A stretch of 63,477 nucleotides of DNA, filler included, from Asterionella formosa (Eukaryota): assembly GCA_002256025.1 (NCBI GenBank). It is 17 parts of 17 records of this genome, joined end to end, with 100 filler letters (N's around TTAATTAATTAA, not from the genome) between each part and the next. Parts side by side here need not be neighbours in the genome. Positions count along the whole stretch, not along the records: positions 22,632 to 23,940 come from NKIB01003090.1; positions 24,041 to 45,177 come from NKIB01003091.1; 15 more parts are not named here. The stretch is one strand, 5' to 3'. A program made the position numbers and the translations under genes. Below are positions 22,777 through 34,802 of the stretch, one piece after another. The notes beneath the pieces are model-generated. The model did no database searches and was not told the origin of the DNA. It saw only the letters and a program-made list of their open reading frames with translations. The stretch's first letter is position 1. Every line of letters starts with the position of its first letter.

Positions 22777-23940
22777 TGTTGGAGGCTATAAAGACTCCGG
22801 GTGACGTTGAGAGTCTGATGAGTCAAGTCGTGAAATGTTTCATGGGACTGACAGTGGGATCAAAATTAGTTGGAGTAGAAGTCTTGAATTGTATTTGGTA
22901 AGATTGAATTTGACAGGATTAAGTTTGGCAGGACCAGTTGGCAGGATTGAAGGTTTAGATATAATTACAATTAGTTCACAATCTGAGAAACCTTGCTGAC
23001 TTGAATACTAAGGTACTAGTCTTTGGAGCCCTTCAACATACTTCGAAGTATAAAGGTTAGGACCCAGAGGCTGATTGTCGGTGAAAGAAAGAAAACAAAA
23101 GTTTGTACTAAGTCACAATGGATGGATCCAAGGAGCGATAGTGACAAGATGAGTGTGAGACTTCCAATGTTTGATGGAGACCAGCCACAAGAAATTTCAA
23201 ATGTGGAATACTCGATTTAGAGCATTTGCCACTGTTAGCAGATTTGCTGAGGCATTAGCTCCACAGGCTATGATGCCAGCAAGAGAAGATGAGTTGATTG
23301 ATGAAACAACTGATGATGGCAGGTTGAAAGCATTGGCTGGCCATCAGGAGAAATGGTGTAGCTATGGCTAATTTGTCAATGGCTTTCACATCTGAAGGAA
23401 CAATGGGATTGGTGTACAAGGCGATGACTCCAGAGTGGCCAGGTGGGCTTGCTTATTTAGTAATGGAAGCTCTGAACAAGAAGTATCGACCTCAAGACAC
23501 AATTACAAGAGTTGAGCTCAGGCAGAAGCAAGCTCAATAAAGTGGCCATGAAGAAAAACCAAGACCCTGCTACATTGTTTGAGCAAGTGAGTAGTATTGA
23601 GAATCAATACAATGCTCCAGGGGTCAAGATAGCTAGATGAAGGTGATTTGATTGCTGTCATACTTGATGCAGCACCAGAAGAATATCATGCAGTACTTAC
23701 ATTGGAACAGAGACTTCGCGGTGATAAGCTAACTTTAAATGATTTAGAGACTGCGATGAATCAATTTTGGAGGCAAGGAAGAAAATTAACATAAAAGGCC
23801 AGAGGGTTTTAAATCCAGAAGTGCAGAAACTGCAGCATCGGCAGTTGATAATGGATCAAGAGTTGAATTTCTATTGTGTGGAATGACATTTCCTACTGAT
23901 CAAGCAATATTGATGGATCCAAATGTGTGGATTGCAGATA
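22777..23940 (+). mobile_element. 5' part of a Ty1/copia element: LTR 22777-23038, PBS-like site, decayed gag, start of protease
   Basis: TGTTGGAGGCT...AGCCCTTCAACA termini; GGTTAGGACCCAG at 23055-23067 resembles the copia PBS GGTTATGGGCCCAG; gag-like LPMFDG...WPGGLAYLVMEALNKKYRPQD; VWIAD at contig end. Confidence 0.8.
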
Positions 23941-24040
23941 NNNNNNNNNNNNNNNNNNNNNNNNNNNNNNNNNNNNNNNNNNNNTTAATTAATTAANNNN
24001 NNNNNNNNNNNNNNNNNNNNNNNNNNNNNNNNNNNNNNNN

Positions 24041-25063
24041 ACCCCTTATCGCTCTGGCCTGGTCTATGACCGCATTGTGCCTGATGGTGCTGAACTTTCC
24101 CCCAAAGCTCGCGCGGCCATTATTACACAATACCAGTCACTCATTGGGGCTCTCAATTGGCTGGCTGTCAGCACACGTCCTGATGTCTCTGTGGCCCTCA
24201 CTCTCCTGGCTCAGCACAACTCCTATGCCACCCCTGCTCACCTTTTAGGTGCCAAGTATGTGTTACGATACCTGGCTGGCTCTGCCGATCATGGCATTGC
24301 CTTTACCTCGCAATTTGCTTCCTCATACCTCTCCACCACCTTTGGCTGGCCCAAGGACACTCCCACTCTCACCACTTACACCGATGCCAACTGGGGCCCC
24401 CAAGATGCTTCCAAACCCAACCCCACCGACATCATCTCTCTTGCCGAGTGTTGCTCCCTTCTTGGTTCCATCAGTACACGTACAGGTGGCCCCATTGCCT
24501 GGCATGTCATTCGTGAACCTCGTGTGAGCCGCAGTACCTGCGAATCTGAAATCAAATCTGCAGATGAGGGCACCAAGGTTACCCAATTCATCCGCCATAT
24601 CCTTAGTGACCTCCACATGCCTGATGTCACTCTCCCCACCCCTCTTTGGAATGACAACCGAGGTGCTGTGGACTGGTCCCACAACTGTGCTAACAAAAAG
24701 ATGCGGCATATTAATATCCGCAACATGGCTGTGCGCGACGCTCACCGTTTTTCCGAAATCTTTGTCACCCACCTCCCAGGGGATACCAATGTTGCTGATC
24801 TGTTCACCAAAGAACATAAAGATGATGCCCATTTTCTCCGCCTCCGCAATATTATTGTCCCGTCTCATGGGAATTTTCTCACTTGAGGGGGGTGTTGGTA
24901 CCATATACCGGTTACTCCGTATATCCTACCAAGATTCCTGTAAGTGCTTAATTCCCGTGAGTACTGGTCCCTCTACAGCTAGTTAAATACTACTTTAGAA
25001 TCTCAGTTCCTTGTTAATGTAGCTGCCGCTGGCATCCGTTGCAAGCGTTTCTCCCTCTCAACA
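24041..25063 (+). mobile_element. 3' end of a Ty1/copia element: RT thumb/RNase H, PPT and 171-bp LTR (24893-25063)
   Basis: YQSLIGALNWL..TRPDV, YTDANW, STCESE, NDNRGA, RHINIR, NVADLFTK; GAGGGGGG tract directly before TGTTG...CAACA. Confidence 0.88.
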
Positions 25064-25365
25064 CACACACCGGTATCTTTTATTGCAGTGGCCACTGTAT
25101 GCTGTTATATAATAGATGAGCTTTTTTCGCTATTATATACTTTACTACCAGTACATGTGATGTCATTGGTCCGGTCATTCTGTGTCTTCAAAAATGTCAT
25201 ATTTTTCAAACGAGGACGATACTATACCGGCATCGACAATAGTATAGTACTTGCTACATACACCGGTATCATATGGTATCGTATGTAGTAATGCATAAAC
25301 AGCCTATAACATATCGTGCCTGATGATGATGGGTAAATTAAAATCAGTTCTTGGAACCAACAACC

Positions 25366-26439
25366 ATGAGGACTTTCACAGTTCTTGCGATTCTCGCCGC
25401 ACCCTTGTTGCTCCACTTTGTCTCTTCTTCCGACCAAGACTATGAGGATTTTCCAGAAGCGTGGATAGAAGAGTGGGAAGGAACGGACGAGGAAACGCGC
25501 CTTGAGGAACACTACAAATTGTTTGGGTGGCCGCCGAAAATCATTCCAGATACCGACGGATGGAAGAGGATTATGGAGAAGCGAATGAGTCAAACTCGTC
25601 ATTTGGAGGATATCGGGAAGAAGTATGATGCTTGGATTCAAGTTATGACTTCAGCTGTCACACAGCCCAATTTTACGGAATTCGGGTGGGGACTGACGCG
25701 AGCACCTCAGGAGTTGGCGGACACCTTGCGTGAGGCGGTCCGCAATGGATTGGACACTGCTGGAAGCGAAGGAGAAGTTGATGTCATAGATGGACTAGCA
25801 CCCATATTTATTGATAGACCTGATTTGACAAATCGTGTTCTGGAGGAGCTCTTGCCAATTCATGAAGCTTGGAGTCACGAAAAGCTACACCCTTTTATTG
25901 CTTACGGCTTTCGCCTTTATCGCAATCAATCATCTCTGTTGATGCACGTTGACCAGGCAAATACACACATCATTTCATGCATTTTTCACATTGACTCAAG
26001 TGATGATGCTGAGCCTTGGCCCATTCTCATTGAAGACTTTAACGGAAATACCCATGAGGTCATTCTTACTCCAGGTGATATGTTGCTGTACGAATCCTCC
26101 AAATGCTTTCACGGTCGTCCTCAGCGCTTCAATGGAAGCTGGTACTCTTCCATTTTTGTTCACTATTATCCGGTCAAGGAAGAGTGGACATCAGTAAATC
26201 ACGAGTTCATTCCACACTATGCTTTGCCGGAAAATTGGGATGTGATACCAGATGAGGAGCCAGAATTTCCGACCTTAATCATGCGAGGAACATCCATGCG
26301 AGAACCAGAATGTGAGCATGGATGGTGTGAGATGGCACAAAACAAGACGATCAAGTGGCACGGACCAGCAGAAGAGCATTATGTTTTGACTTCTGGGGGC
26401 AACAAATATCATCTCTATGGTGGAGATGACGAACTCTAG
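25366..26439 (+). CDS. Secretory-pathway 2OG-Fe(II) dioxygenase (prolyl-hydroxylase-like)
   Basis: Signal peptide MRTFTVLAILAAPLLLHFVSS; HVD...HGRP iron ligands; GDMLLYES; C-terminal DDEL. Confidence 0.8.
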   Translation: MRTFTVLAILAAPLLLHFVSSSDQDYEDFPEAWIEEWEGTDEETRLEEHYKLFGWPPKIIPDTDGWKRIMEKRMSQTRHLEDIGKKYDAWIQVMTSAVTQPNFTEFGWGLTRAPQELADTLREAVRNGLDTAGSEGEVDVIDGLAPIFIDRPDLTNRVLEELLPIHEAWSHEKLHPFIAYGFRLYRNQSSLLMHVDQANTHIISCIFHIDSSDDAEPWPILIEDFNGNTHEVILTPGDMLLYESSKCFHGRPQRFNGSWYSSIFVHYYPVKEEWTSVNHEFIPHYALPENWDVIPDEEPEFPTLIMRGTSMREPECEHGWCEMAQNKTIKWHGPAEEHYVLTSGGNKYHLYGGDDEL

Positions 26440-26766
26440 TGCGTAGAGTTTTTGTGTACGTTTATTTCGATATTGAAGTAGGATTTATCAGATTACCGAG
26501 GCTCATGAAAGTGGACAACAACAACAAGAGAAAGAATATTACTTTCTATGAATCCAAGAGTAAGACCTGAGATGAATGCACCAATGGATGGTCAACTTGC
26601 TTCATTCTCAGCATGAATTACTATACAATACAAGGGTATTTTCCAGTAGGATTGTGTTAAAGTATTACCTTTTAGATAGATGTATCATTAGACAAAGAAG
26701 GCTATAGATAGAGATGTTCATCTAAAATAGGTTTTCAATGTTAACTGAGAGGGCAATGTAGTGGCG

Positions 26767-26992
26767 AAAAGCGCGCCGATAGCTAGTTTGTGAATTGCCT
26801 AGATAATACCCTACTCGGGAGGAGTCTACCTACTCGTAATCTTGTGTACTCGGCTTGGGAGGCCCTCGCAGGTCGACCTTCTCGCAGCGCCGGGGGCGCC
26901 ACTCGTTCGGTCAACCTACTCGCGCCGCCCAAGCCTCGAACACAAGAATACTTGCAGGCAGTCTCCACCCTCGGTCGCGTACTACCTTCAGT
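26767..26992 (-). ncRNA. Candidate structured non-coding RNA, family unassigned
   Basis: GC-rich island in AT-rich spacer; nested helices with G-U pairs only on the minus strand; ends in TTTT. Confidence 0.6.
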
Positions 26993-27259
26993 AATTATTA
27001 TTATTGTTATTACGTGCATGATACCCTTAGATTTATGATCGAATGATACGTAATACATATATCTTATGTACCGGTATGATACCTCTACATTTAGCGTACA
27101 CCACTGTCCATACAACTAATACTGTACCTGGTACTGTAAATTACACCCTGACAATACATGAAGCAAGAGGACGACAACAACGACCACGTTAAACTTGAAT
27201 TAATGGCGATCATCAAAAAATAAGCACAGACTAAGCACGAAAGAAGAGCCCCTCCCTGA

Positions 27260-28795
27260 ATGGTTTTCAGGCGTTCAATACCATGGACCTTCAATACTCT
27301 CGCGGGACGACAGCATGCTTCGTTCGCAATACGGTCAACGTTGTCGATGCGGATGTCAGTTTCTGCGCGGCTCGCGACTCCTTCCCGACCTTTCCAACGA
27401 AGAACGATATGTCAAGGGGGTGTTCCATTTAACAAGGCACATCCACTGATATCGGATGACGTAGTAAACGACGAGGAGGAGTTTGATTTTTTTGGGGATG
27501 AGGAATACACCGAGAGCGACTTGGAATCACTTGATCTAAAAATGATCCATGAAGACAGAAATGGCGAAAAATCTTCAATTTTCCCAGCTGGGGTTCAAGA
27601 TGGTTTTTATATCGTCATGCAGTATTCTGTCCCTGCAAGATTTCAACTTGCCAACAACCCGCAACTCGCCGCAACCGATATTCAACGTTTGAAGGTTGCT
27701 CCAGACAATACTACATTACCTGTTGCATTGCTGCTGTTGGATCCTGAGGAGTACCCGACACTATCACGCGCGCGTAGAGCTTGCCGTAAAGGCAGCATTG
27801 TCATTCACCGAGGCGCACTGCCTGCTCACGGTGTAATTTTAGATAGTACCATGTGGGCACGGGCCAATGTCGGGGATCGGGTCTATCCCGGAGATGTCAT
27901 TGGGAAACAGGTCCGAACGAGTCATGGATCCTATTCGGAACTTCTGAGCTATAGTTCGAGGCCATCCTTCCACCTGCCAGTCATTTATGAGGACGATCAC
28001 TGTGCCATTGTGAACAAACCATCAGGTGTATTGATGTATTCGCCACGAGACATTCACCAAGGCCGACACAACCTTCGATTTGCTCTCCCTTATTTTGTCT
28101 CACCTCCAAAGAAGAGCACACGCTCTGTTCTCATACGTCCCACATGCTGTCACCGCATAGACAAACCCACGAGTGGGTTAGTGGTAGTCGCCAAGACCAT
28201 GCCTGCCCTAGTGGATATCACTCGTCAGTTTGAAGTCCGTCAAGTGAAAAAGACTTACACTGCCATTGTCAACGGAATGATACATGGTACACCTGCAAAT
28301 TTCCTCTCGTCCCGTGAGGCGCGAGACATGGGCGTGGACGTGGATGCCGACGACGATAGTCAGTGGCAACTCACAAAGACATTACTGAACGATAAAGAAG
28401 CTGTCACTATATGGAGGAAACTCGAATCCTTCAATTCGTCAAAAGCTAGAGATCAATGTGTCACTTTGGTGGAGCTTAAACCAAAGACAGGACGATTTCA
28501 TCAACTTCGTCGTCAAATGGCTGACCTGAACTCACCCATAATAGGAGACACAACGTATGGTACTCCCCTCGACAACCTACGTTGGGGACGAGGGCTCATG
28601 CTGTGTTCCAACAAAGTCACGTTACAACATCCCTATTTCAACACTGAGGAGGGACGAATCGAATGGGAACAGCTGGACCACGAAACAAAGTATAAATCCG
28701 GCATGTTAGGCATGTGTGAGGATAACGATTCTGTACTTGTCAACGTCTCAATTGATTTGCCAAAAAAGTTCCATCGGGTTCTAGCTAGAGTTTGA
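27260..28795 (+). CDS. RluA/RluD-family RNA pseudouridine synthase, probably organellar
   Basis: IYEDDH..IVNKPSG, HRIDKPTSG (catalytic Asp), KTYTAIV, PKTGRFHQLR, PIIGDTTYG. Confidence 0.92.
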   Translation: MVFRRSIPWTFNTLAGRQHASFAIRSTLSMRMSVSARLATPSRPFQRRTICQGGVPFNKAHPLISDDVVNDEEEFDFFGDEEYTESDLESLDLKMIHEDRNGEKSSIFPAGVQDGFYIVMQYSVPARFQLANNPQLAATDIQRLKVAPDNTTLPVALLLLDPEEYPTLSRARRACRKGSIVIHRGALPAHGVILDSTMWARANVGDRVYPGDVIGKQVRTSHGSYSELLSYSSRPSFHLPVIYEDDHCAIVNKPSGVLMYSPRDIHQGRHNLRFALPYFVSPPKKSTRSVLIRPTCCHRIDKPTSGLVVVAKTMPALVDITRQFEVRQVKKTYTAIVNGMIHGTPANFLSSREARDMGVDVDADDDSQWQLTKTLLNDKEAVTIWRKLESFNSSKARDQCVTLVELKPKTGRFHQLRRQMADLNSPIIGDTTYGTPLDNLRWGRGLMLCSNKVTLQHPYFNTEEGRIEWEQLDHETKYKSGMLGMCEDNDSVLVNVSIDLPKKFHRVLARV

Positions 28796-29036
28796 CCCTT
28801 CTCGTTGTTTTGTAAAACAACATGCCACGACGGCGAAACACAAGAATACAAATAACGCAAGATACATTGTCTTTCGAGAAAAACATCATGCTATATTCGA
28901 CGCACATTAAGACAGCTAAATGAGAGCAGATAAAATGATTCCTTATATTGTTTTGCGAAGAACACAATGTAAATATGCGATACTGCACCAAGAACGACGA
29001 CCGCATTAGGCGTCACACTGTATGTGTGTGCGCTGC

Positions 29037-30677
29037 CTATTGATCATTCAACAACATTTTGCTCATGTAGGGACCATCCAGTTCATATCCCAGTTTTCGA
29101 TAGTAGTGACGGGTTCCAACTCCAGAGATTACCAGCAGCTTCTCAGATCCATGCTCATCCCTTGCTATTCGTTCAGCTTCCTCCAACAGCAGCATGCCGA
29201 ATCCCTGATGTTGAAATCTCGTTGGATCTCTGGCATTCACAGCGACCGCTGTCCCATATACATGCAACTCCCTAATTATACTGCTCTGAAAAGGAGCAAT
29301 TTCTTCTCGAAAGGCTCCAGAACTGCATTTGCGCAATCTCAATAATCCAATCAAAATATCTTGATGAGGATCTTCATAGGCCAAAAAGGTTTCCCATCCA
29401 CCATTTGCAACATAGTCTCGTCGAACTAATTCCACTTGCTCCGGTGTCACTTGTGAATGTATCTGCTTCATACCAACTTCCCTTGTTCGAATGTCCATAC
29501 AGGGCAAATTCCAATCCTTGAGCTTGGCAGTAGCCAATTCCCTCAAATTTCCATGCTCCACTCCCGAGCTTACTAGGGGCATGGGAATGTCTCGTTGAAT
29601 TCGATACAATCTCGTCCATGGTGGAACAAGTGCTAAAATATGTGCCGTTAACTCCACCAGCTGATCAGGAGTATAATTTTGATATCTTCCTGTTTTCCAT
29701 AATTCATACAATCCAGTCCCACGAATGACCAAGGTGGGATATACTTTCATCCCATCGGACCGAAAGGCAGGATTTTCAAAATATTCTTTCATTCCCTCCA
29801 AATCCCGTTCCCATCCCATATTTGGCAAATCTGGCATCATGTGTGTGACAACCTTGAATCCACAATCCTTGGCCAAATGAAACGAGTGACTGACCGCCGC
29901 CACTGTATGCCCACGGTTTGTTTCCCGGGCCACACTTTCATAAATTGATTGCACGCCCACTTCAATCCGAGTGCATCCGTACGATAACATTTCTTCCAAG
30001 TGCGGCTTCAAGCAATAGTCAGGTCTGGTCTCAATGGTAATTCCAATGCACTTGGTGGTGGACTGTTCAGAGTACAAGATTGCTTCTTGTACAGTTTGTG
30101 AGGAATGTCCTGACAGAGCATCGTGCAAATTGCGAATGAAGTAATCTTTGTATTCTCTGTCTAAACTTAGAAACGTTCCACCCATGACAATGTACTCCAC
30201 CTTATCCACTGTGTGTCCAATGCTTCGCAATTGTGCCACGCGTCCTTTGGCTTGAGAGTATGGGTCGTACCGCGCCCGGATCGCCCGCATGGACGTGGGT
30301 TCATATCCAGTATAGGCTTGAGTGCTGTATTCAAAATCCGAATCCGGTCCCCCGGGGCAGTACACACACACATTGCCGGTCATGGCAATGTGCGGACACC
30401 TATGAGGCTTGGCCATGACTGCCACGACGGCGACACCGGACGCGGTCCGGACTGGTTTCGTCTTGAGGAAGGGCCACAAGTCCTGTCGATGTTCCATGGG
30501 AATGGCGTGAAGGAGGTCTGCCATTTTCGGAATTCCTTGTATTTTGTACTTTCGTGCCGCATCTGATTTGAGTTTGGTGAAGTTGAGGCTTTCGCCGGCT
30601 TGGTAGGACTTGATGAGTTCTGACACAATGAAGGACACCGCGAGGGCGTAATTGGATTTCGCGCTGTCAACGGCCAT
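29037..30677 (-). CDS. ELP3: Elongator complex protein 3 (radical SAM + acetyltransferase)
   Basis: [72 protein letters not shown] at 30677 (MAVDS). Confidence 0.97.
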   Translation of the reverse strand: MAVDSAKSNYALAVSFIVSELIKSYQAGESLNFTKLKSDAARKYKIQGIPKMADLLHAIPMEHRQDLWPFLKTKPVRTASGVAVVAVMAKPHRCPHIAMTGNVCVYCPGGPDSDFEYSTQAYTGYEPTSMRAIRARYDPYSQAKGRVAQLRSIGHTVDKVEYIVMGGTFLSLDREYKDYFIRNLHDALSGHSSQTVQEAILYSEQSTTKCIGITIETRPDYCLKPHLEEMLSYGCTRIEVGVQSIYESVARETNRGHTVAAVSHSFHLAKDCGFKVVTHMMPDLPNMGWERDLEGMKEYFENPAFRSDGMKVYPTLVIRGTGLYELWKTGRYQNYTPDQLVELTAHILALVPPWTRLYRIQRDIPMPLVSSGVEHGNLRELATAKLKDWNLPCMDIRTREVGMKQIHSQVTPEQVELVRRDYVANGGWETFLAYEDPHQDILIGLLRLRKCSSGAFREEIAPFQSSIIRELHVYGTAVAVNARDPTRFQHQGFGMLLLEEAERIARDEHGSEKLLVISGVGTRHYYRKLGYELDGPYMSKMLLNDQ

Positions 30678-31635
30678 TATTTCCTTGGGTTTATATTTTG
30701 TCTGCAGTCGTGTGCGAGATGTCTGTGTGTGTTTGTTTGTTTCTCTGTGTGCGCGTGTGTATGTATGATGTGAAACCAATGGGAGCTGATATCATCGACC
30801 AGCAGTGAGAGTTTCCGGCGTCGTTTGGGTTTATCAATTATTTACCGGTACTCCGAGTACCGGTAGGATGGAAGAAACTTGATGAATCGAAAAAAGTAAA
30901 ATCGTTTGAGCGTCTTTCATTATACATGTGGTCATATATGCAACAAAGATAAAAGTTATATACGCTGCCGATAGATAGATTTAGCTTATATAAATATTAA
31001 ACAAACATGAATAAAGGTATCATTTGCTACCTCAAAACACTCACAATGACGATTACCGGTACCAGGTACCGGTATTCAGCTCCACACATTTTTGTGCCAA
31101 CCACAGCCATGCCATTGGCTGGCTCATTCATCTTTACCGGGAAGGTCTGCAAGTCGCCGTAATTTTGCTGAAACTAAAGATTTAGCTATCTTTATCTTAG
31201 ATCAAAATGTTAGTTTAAGCAAAATGACCGCAACTTGCTGGTACAATTGAGAATTTTATCATCATCGTTTTCCTCAAAGTTCAAACCGTCCTTCACATCT
31301 TAGCACCTTCTGGAATCAATTTCCAATGAATGTGTACCAGTACAAACGTGGAGTATCACCTGTACATACGCAACTATGAGTATTAATATGGACTGTACAC
31401 CAGGTAGAGATATACCGGTAATGTTATTGCGAATAGCTATCATTCTACCGGTATACAAGAAAAGCTGACCTTGTTCTGGAGATCCTCCCCTGTTGCTCAC
31501 CAGGTCTGTTGGTTAGACAAGACGACTTCAGAAGGAACAAATTCGTCAGGCTTTCTTTGTTGTCAATCGAGGTGCGCTCTTCTCCACTCACTGCATTTAC
31601 CCTTCAATAAAATAGAACGAAAGAACGAAAGAAAT

Positions 31636-32964
31636 ATGGGCTCACGACAACAACGAACGAGGAGGGGTGGTATCCCCATCCCTTCATTTGCGATCAGTGA
31701 GGTTCCTGTCTCTCCTGTCAAGACAATGCGAGCTGCACCTTGGAACCCTCAAATCATCAAACAAGTTGTAGCTGCACTTCAGATCAGACGCATCACCAAA
31801 TCTATCAAAGTTGCGGACTTTTACCAAGCAGTTCAGCATGTGACGGTCACTGACCACGACTCGACTCACGCAACGGAACATTGCTTGGGCAAGGGCGAAC
31901 GCCTCTTGCTAGAACTTCTGTGTGCAACTTCTCCGAACTTACACAAATGGGGAGAAAAGGAAGGGACTTTAGAAGTAGTCCATTTCACTGGGAATAGGCT
32001 GGTGGAGCTGCAGAGACTTTTAAGTGAACCACAGATGTTGATCACCAAATACGATCAATGCCTGAAGCAAGTATTGGGCCACCGAGCCAGCATCAACTAT
32101 CCGCTGCCCATGATCACGTCAACGGAAGAGAAACCAGTGCAACACGAAAAGCTATCCATGATGCCCCAACTTCGACCCGACATGTCACTAGAAGAGCGTG
32201 TCCGAGCCCGCGCCGCTGCCCGGGAGGAACGACAACTAGACGCCAGCGCTTCAACTAGCAGTTCTGTGGATCAATCTGCAATGCTGAGACTCGCTGATGC
32301 GCTCTGGTCTCATTCCAGACACATTCTACTTAGGCAATCTCAGATACAAGCCATGAGCCCCGTCCGACGTGGGAATACAGCCCCAAAGGCTTGTGTCATG
32401 ACAGTAAAGGATATTGTCACAACTTTTGCTAGCTCGTTTGCACCTAGTCAAGAATCAACAACTCATGTTTCCAGGACTGAAAAGGCAACACGAAAGCAAA
32501 TTATTGAAGCTGTCCAGGAACTGCATCGGTTAGCTCCAGATTGGATTTCCTGTTCAGACACGGAACTCACCAAGTCCACAACAATATGGATCAAGCCCGT
32601 TAATTACCAAACGATTCGCGCCAAACTCGGCGCTCCCACCAAAGTGCCCGATCAACTTCAGACTCCAGTCCCTTGCAAACGTTCCCTAGATGTTGACAAA
32701 GCTGTTGTGACACACTCGGCGGGTCCAAAAAGGGCCTGCTCCCCTATCCTCCCTGCCAAGCGGCAGCGCCTCGAAGTGAAGGCACCGCTACTGTCTCCGG
32801 TCGATTCATCTCCTGCCAGCAGGCATACTGTTCTTCGAATCAATCCCAATTTAATTCTAACAGATGCCGACTATGATGGTGGCATGGTGATACAACCGTC
32901 GGAGGAAAGTCCAAGAGGACTCAAACGTATGTTTACGCATATGAATGCGGGGAGACGAATTTGA
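31636..32964 (+). CDS. Divergent CDT1-like replication licensing factor (tentative)
   Basis: SLEERVRAR...MLRLADALW...VQELHRLAPDWI...IWIK...IRAKL resembles the Cdt1 C-terminal winged helix; many SP/TP sites. Confidence 0.55.
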   Translation: MGSRQQRTRRGGIPIPSFAISEVPVSPVKTMRAAPWNPQIIKQVVAALQIRRITKSIKVADFYQAVQHVTVTDHDSTHATEHCLGKGERLLLELLCATSPNLHKWGEKEGTLEVVHFTGNRLVELQRLLSEPQMLITKYDQCLKQVLGHRASINYPLPMITSTEEKPVQHEKLSMMPQLRPDMSLEERVRARAAAREERQLDASASTSSSVDQSAMLRLADALWSHSRHILLRQSQIQAMSPVRRGNTAPKACVMTVKDIVTTFASSFAPSQESTTHVSRTEKATRKQIIEAVQELHRLAPDWISCSDTELTKSTTIWIKPVNYQTIRAKLGAPTKVPDQLQTPVPCKRSLDVDKAVVTHSAGPKRACSPILPAKRQRLEVKAPLLSPVDSSPASRHTVLRINPNLILTDADYDGGMVIQPSEESPRGLKRMFTHMNAGRRI

Positions 32965-33140
32965 AATCCCTCATCGCTGGGAGAACAAAATAGTAACAGG
33001 ATGAACTATTGGTAAGAAAGTAGCAAGAATCAAGCTTTCTTTGGTAAGGAACTAAAGGATAGTATAATATGATGCTGTTACAGAAATCGATCTCAGGGAG
33101 CCTTTCAGAGCATTTCTATATATACAGAATTGATTAATAG

Positions 33141-34199
33141 CTACCTGTACTTTAGTCGTTCGCCATCCAAGGACGCAAAGAGCGTAACTTTCACGGCGCG
33201 CAATATCTCTTCATAGGTAAGAAAAGTAAAGGCCGACGTCAAAACAGTTTGTAAAAGCTTTGCCTTCATTCCAGTAAACAAGGCTCGTAGTCCATGTCCA
33301 CTGTAGAGCTTCACAAGACAGTCCAGGGTCCCATCGTACTTGCACGATGTGGTGCTACCTTTGTTTGACTGCTGTAATCGTAGCAATACTTGAGTCAGTT
33401 GCAACGGATATGTAAGTAGTGTAGCAACACCCTTGGCTAGAGCTCCCATGAAAAATGCCTCTGTCGGTGAAATAGTGCATCGTCGTTTGCGGTGTCGACT
33501 TATGGCAATTGTCTTCAGCTGCTCATAAAGAAAGAATTGAATGACTGGATTGGAGACTAACATGAGCGACGCGTATGTTCCATTCCACAAACTTGGCAGG
33601 CCTTCGGTTTTCATAATTCGTCTCATTTCCTGAATGAGCGATGTGGTGGTATTGTTGGTTGTATTATTCTGTCCCTGAACCATGATTCGAATATTGGCCA
33701 CCCACAATGGATTCGTCACCAAAACGTTGACAACTCCTGCCAGAGTCGATGCCAGGAGGGAACGAATCAACGACCGGTGTTGGAGCATTCGCTTGATTGT
33801 TTCGTGTGCGTAGAAAAACACGAAATTGGAAAGAGCCAGAGTTGTGATAACAGGTGCAACTCCTCGGTAGAGCTCCTTCTGTTTCTCCAGGCGAACAAGG
33901 CAGGTGAGTAGGTCTTCCCTTTTAGTAGCAGAATGATGTGCATCTGTCCCAGAATCCACACTAGATTGAAGCGAACTACTGCAGGTTGTTTCCCAAGAAT
34001 CCGAGGAGGAGCTTTCGCTCAAGATGGCTGCGTCGTTGTTGTTGTCATTGTCATTGCCGGATTCTACCACATGGGCTTGAAGTTCAGTTCTGGCGCGTTC
34101 CAGAGGATAAAACAAAAGCAACGCCAGTGCTGACCCTATCGATCCACCAATAGCGTGTCCCAACGGAGGAACAGAAAATTCATTTCCATCTGTCGCCAT
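33141..34199 (-). CDS. SLC25 carrier, peroxisomal PMP34/SLC25A17/PXN-like
   Basis: Three carrier repeats (YPLERAR, NPLWVAN, YPLQLTQ); LVSNPVIQFFLYEQLK; KLLQTVLTSAF. Confidence 0.85.
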   Translation of the reverse strand: MATDGNEFSVPPLGHAIGGSIGSALALLLFYPLERARTELQAHVVESGNDNDNNNDAAILSESSSSDSWETTCSSSLQSSVDSGTDAHHSATKREDLLTCLVRLEKQKELYRGVAPVITTLALSNFVFFYAHETIKRMLQHRSLIRSLLASTLAGVVNVLVTNPLWVANIRIMVQGQNNTTNNTTTSLIQEMRRIMKTEGLPSLWNGTYASLMLVSNPVIQFFLYEQLKTIAISRHRKRRCTISPTEAFFMGALAKGVATLLTYPLQLTQVLLRLQQSNKGSTTSCKYDGTLDCLVKLYSGHGLRALFTGMKAKLLQTVLTSAFTFLTYEEILRAVKVTLFASLDGERLKYR

Positions 34200-34802
34200 T
34201 GCCCGTGTGGTGCGGTAATTTGTTGTGCTTTTTTATTGTGGAATGTTGGCGGATGGATGATGATGAGAAACAAATCAGCATCAAAGGACAGGACGATGAA
34301 AATGAGAAAGAGGACGGGGACGAGGGGGATTTCCGGTACATGCAACATTCCGGTATGGTATGATATGCAAGCCAGCTGGCAGTCGTAGTAGCTATATTTT
34401 TGGAATCGGACAATGTACCGGTAGTACAACATATATACGTTTGGATAAGATTTCTACCGGTACTCGGGTCATGCAAACATATACCGGTATGTATGGGAGT
34501 ATATTTATTTTTGAATCAAACCGAAACACAGCATACGCACCGGTAGCTATGCATAATACGCACATGGGAATATACATCATCATGGAATGAAACAGATACC
34601 GGTACCCCGGTATGTATGATAGTAAATCAAAGTATCGGTACATGAACAATACTCCTTCATCGGAACCAGGCACACCTTGACGACGTCCAGCATCATTATC
34701 CTTTCAAGTGATGTCTGTATGAATATGCATCAGCATGATTATTTGAACCATGAAACATAGAACAAATCCCTCAAGAACAGCAAAAGAATCCTCAACAATT
34801 CC

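Noticed and set aside
26767..26992. Assignment as SRP RNA, U3, RNase P/MRP, telomerase RNA or let-7-like miRNA
   Set aside because: Diagnostic motifs not found; TGAAGGTAGTA is only a short chance resemblance to let-7.
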